Shown here: positions 60,459-64,000 of the stretch, in pieces
How the letters are laid out: each line of letters begins with the position of its first letter
How positions within the stretch are numbered: position 1 is the first letter of the stretch
Assembly: GCA_000708835.1 (NCBI GenBank)
Contig: DF237246.1
Span: 44,325 to 108,324 of the forward strand
DNA length: 64,000 nucleotides
Direction: 5' to 3'
From: Klebsormidium nitens
Taxonomy: Eukaryota > Plantae > Klebsormidiophyceae
Made by a program: the position numbers and the translations under genes
The notes under the pieces: generated by a model
Told to the model about the DNA's origin: nothing
Database searches by the model: none
Seen by the model: the letters and a program-made list of their open reading frames with translations, nothing else

Positions 60459-62729
60459 TCAGGACTTTGAGCCTCGAGACCCCAGGTCGAGGTTGATACC
60501 TAAGAATCCGCACAGAACCAACGTGCCGCCAACCAGCATCAGAGGCTTTGGAACGATTCCAAAGATGAGAAGCTCGGCAAGTATAGCAATCGGTGTTTGA
60601 ACCGCCAGGCCCACGCTTGCTGCGGTTGGGGTTGTTAGCAGCATAGCCCTTGCACACAGGTAATCAGCGACAACGTTTCCGAATATACCTGCATTAGAAA
60701 GAACATTGGACGACTTTAGGCAGGAGCGACTTTTGTGTTTGTGGCCAGGGAGCCAACTTGAAGCAATCTGACCCTGTGAAAAACTCGTGCAGATTGCCAA
60801 AGCCTTGCTGAATGAACAGGAACTTTGACAACAGACAAAGACCCCGCCGTCTTGAAAGACACACCGGTGATGCTGACCTTCCAAAAACGGACCGAGAAGA
60901 GTACTTCTGCTTGGGGAAAACGGGACAATTTCCTCACCTTTGACGATCAAGAGCCCGAACGTTTTTGCCCCCATCCAACGCAGGTTCTCCAACCCGGTCC
61001 ATGCAAGCAGCAACAGGCACGGCAGCAAAAACACACCGGCGAGCAGACCCATATACCCAAACACCAGGGACGTGCTGACCGGCTTCTTGCCCCGCTTGCT
61101 AGGACAGCTGTCAAGATCCTCCCCGGTTTCGTCTGGCATCGTGTATTCGACACTAGTGCCATAGAAGGCGTAGATTATGGCCGCCACAAAGGCAAGTCCG
61201 TTGCCTAAGGCAGGCCCAGAAGGGATCGAAAGGGAGCCGTCCGACTCAGAAGACGACTCCACGTCCGAGATGCTGACGACCACTGTTCCCAGCATGGCGC
61301 AAACGATCATGGCGAGCTTGAAGATCGTGAACGGCTCCTTCAGCCAGATGACCGAGATCAGGAAAGTAAAGAGGCTCGTGGAAGAGAATATGATCGTGTT
61401 ACTCTGCACCCAAACAGGAGGAGATATGTACTAAGTCAGTAGCAGATAAAGACGTCCCAACCCTGGTGGAACAAGGGCAGTTAGCGAGCCTTCGCTCTTC
61501 CAAAGATTGGCAGTTAGTGAGCCTCCGCTCTTCCAAAGCTGTGAAGAACGTAAGATCTACAGTAGCAAAAGTACCGCTGATGGCTCTTGCTGTATGAACT
61601 GCAAGCAGACCCTCCACCAAGAAGATGCACGTCCTGCAAACAATGGACAAGCAAATAGAGGGAACAATAGAAAGTCAAGGGGAAATGCGAAGTTACGTCC
61701 ACTCCGAGGAATCTGATTGGAAGAAGTACTCACAGACACGGTGGTCAGGCCCAGGGACAAGGTATATGTGTACTGTGCCATAAACCACAGCGGACCAATC
61801 ACGGCCGCAATCTTCACAGCCTCCCAATGCTCCGCACCTAAGGGCCCCAGCCTCAGGCCCCTGAGCGAACCCTGGTATGCGCTCACAACCGGTTCGGTGC
61901 TGTCCAATGCATCATCCTGCGCTTCTACATCGGGCAGTAACGGGGCCTGCCCCTGGCTGTCAAGTCCCCAGGACTTCTGAGGTTGAAATCCCAGCTCCGG
62001 AAGGCTCTGAAGTTCTGCTCCATCCTGCCTACCTAAGGTTTCTTCCGCCATCGACTTGCTGCCGATTGGAGTGCTGAACAAGGTCCTGACTGCAGCGACA
62101 TTGACGGGGCCCCCATGGGCCGTTAACTCAATTAACTTGCTTGGAGAAGCGGGCGCCTTCCAAGCTTCTAAGACGGACAGTATCGGTGTCTGCGGTTCAG
62201 ACACGCTCCTACTACCCACGTCCCCGGAACTTTCTTCCGGGCCCAAGAGGGCAAATGGCAGTGCGGCCCCTACATGGGGGTGCACTTCTCTCTCACTTCC
62301 TACCCGCCTCTCATCAATCGCCGCCGCTTCCAACTGGAGGCCTCCCGCACTTTCCTGAAGCCCTCTACTCCAATTACACCCATTTGCCTCCCCGTCCTCA
62401 ACTACCGAAGCCAGTTTTCTCCATTGGCTAGGGCTCCCTGCCCCTGGAGAATCCCCACCATCTGAGCTTTTCTCTTTGCGCGAAAGCTCCCAAAAGCCAG
62501 CGTTATGCCCCTGCCGGTACCAGCGGGCGAGCATGGCACAGGGGAGGTGCAGAATGAACAGGCATGATGAGACGTATGACACCAGGAAGGACGACGCGCC
62601 CCTCTCTATGATCACCTGAATGGCGAACCCCGCAGAAATATACAGGAGCCCTGCCACTATCACTAGGCCCAGGCCAAGGGCCTGCCGTCCCTGGGGCAGT
62701 CTGCCAAGCGGGAAGGCACCTTCCGCCAT
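60459..62729 (-). CDS. EamA/DMT-superfamily transporter, SLC35F5/THI74-like, ~563 aa
   Basis: Exons 62729-61734, 61403-60938, 60688-60459 are in phase. Hydrophobic helices; motifs IGPLWFMAQYTYTLSLGLTTVSSNTIIFSSTSLFTF, GNGLAFVAAIIYAFY, GNVVADYLCARAMLLTTPTAASVGLAVQTPIA. Upstream minus-strand splice signals (acceptors 62764 and 63414, donor GTAAGT ~63944) suggest a spliced 5' leader. Confidence 0.9.
61476..61540 (+). repeat. 33-nt tandem duplication in EamA intron 1
   Basis: GGCAGTTAG(C/T)GAGCCT(T/C)CGCTCTTCCAAAG occurs twice. Confidence 0.92.
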
Positions 62730-64000
62730 ATGAGTGGCCAGAGGGGTGGGGGGCTTTGCAATCTAGGGGGGCTGGGATTTGGGACAGGTTTCAGCGGAGC
62801 ACTCAGTGGGCGTCTGAAGGGCTTGATTCAGGGGGCCAGCTGATTTGGGCCCCTCTTTCAAACGTGCAGGCTCAGTGAAAGCGCGTGGCATGAACTGCAA
62901 TAGAGAAAAGGTGGACTACTGTTAGTTCTGAGCTTTCCGCAGCCAAGAGTGGGCAAGGTTCATGGATACAAAAAAAGTCCAGCAATCAAGGACACAAACA
63001 ACTTGGAATGTGCCCAGCCAAGTTCGATTTCAGGACGGAACAGCAGCGTTCGCGAGTCAAAAACAAGCTTATCGTACATCCAAAGGCTGATTGCAAGACG
63101 ATTCATCAATGAAGGCTCTGCGAAGGGCCTGCCCAGCTGCCCATGAAGCTCACCATGCAATAGCAGCCATTTGGCCATCGAGGATTACTGCAATCTCGTG
63201 CTGGGGTGTCGGGATGATAAGAAGGACCTCAAAGTTCTCCTTGTTTGGGAACTGAAGCTCTGGCCCCGGCAGAATGTGAAGCATACAAAATGCAAGAGCA
63301 GACTGAACAAGATCTGCAGCAGAAGTGCAGAGCACATGGTGCAGTAGTGGAAGCCTCACTTTGCTTGTCGTAGGAAAGCTTGCACCCGCAATGAAACTCG
63401 TAAGGGCGTCCACCTAAGTTGCAGCTGTTGACATTCAGCAGCTGTCATTCAGCAGCTATGGCACCACACTTCTGAGGACCACGCAAGAATCTTGTCAGTG
63501 GCTCTTCCCCGCTCCCATATAGTGCAAGACCGTGACAAAACGAACTGCCACCTGCTCCTCAACCTTACATGAGTTTACTGTACAACGTTGTCTCATCGCT
63601 GTGTTAGCCACCTTAGCTCAAAACTCAAAGCTCAAGGCAGAAGCCACAGCTGCGAGCGCATAGACTCAGAGAGCACCTTCAACTTCAAGATGCATCATGC
63701 GCTCAACTTTGTTGAAGGTTGAAACTGCTGAAATGTTGAAGTCTACCATGTACCTATGACTCTATGGCCACGCACACAATAGGGTATGTCGGATGTCCAT
63801 GCTCCGATGAAAACGGATGAACAATCTGAGGACACCACGCTCATCAGCTGGAGACGTGGGACTCCTATACCTGGCGATGGTCGCCGGAGCGCGGGTGCCA
63901 AACCGCACGGCGGCCCCTGGGAGGCGGCGACGACCTCGACTTACGAGGAATTATACACCCTTTTTACCCCGCACGCGGCATGACCCGTAGTGCGTTTGCG

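Noticed and set aside
1-64000. tRNA, rRNA or intact transposons
   Set aside because: No cloverleaf, rRNA-like segment or terminal-repeat pair was found on reading either strand.

Overview
Eukaryotic nuclear DNA: GT-AG introns mostly 0.3-0.9 kb, GC3-rich exons and land-plant-like orthologues. This best fits a streptophyte alga such as Klebsormidium (inference). I built exon chains by hand and checked their phases. Genes in order: the 3' part of VPS13 (+, <1-11589, 19 exons); SOS1/NHX7 Na+/H+ antiporter (+, 13059-27950, 23 exons, one apparent 1-nt frameshift); an unresolved accessory block (28-32.7 kb); a 7-exon gene for a conserved protein of unknown function (+, 32925-37012); an ORF with a plastid-transit-like N-terminus (38167-38979); a 2OG-Fe(II) oxygenase (+, ~39.3-42.2 kb); a TrmA/RlmD-type RNA m5U methyltransferase (-, 50474-43440, 10 exons); a ~1100-aa low-complexity coiled-coil orphan (+, 51205-55333); a small SET/post-SET protein (+, 57936-58973); and an EamA/SLC35F-type transporter (-, 62729-60459). 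The most striking signal is that introns throughout the window carry decayed copies ('echoes') of the adjacent exon edge plus its splice junction. The extreme case is a 1.2-kb intron of the methyltransferase. It holds six recognisable copies plus one very decayed copy of the next exon's first ~29 codons, arranged as a higher-order dimer. The six keep an AG acceptor, and the three best-preserved copies diverge mainly at third codon positions even though none has a usable donor. All alignments were made by eye, and homologue comparisons are recalled from memory, not searched.
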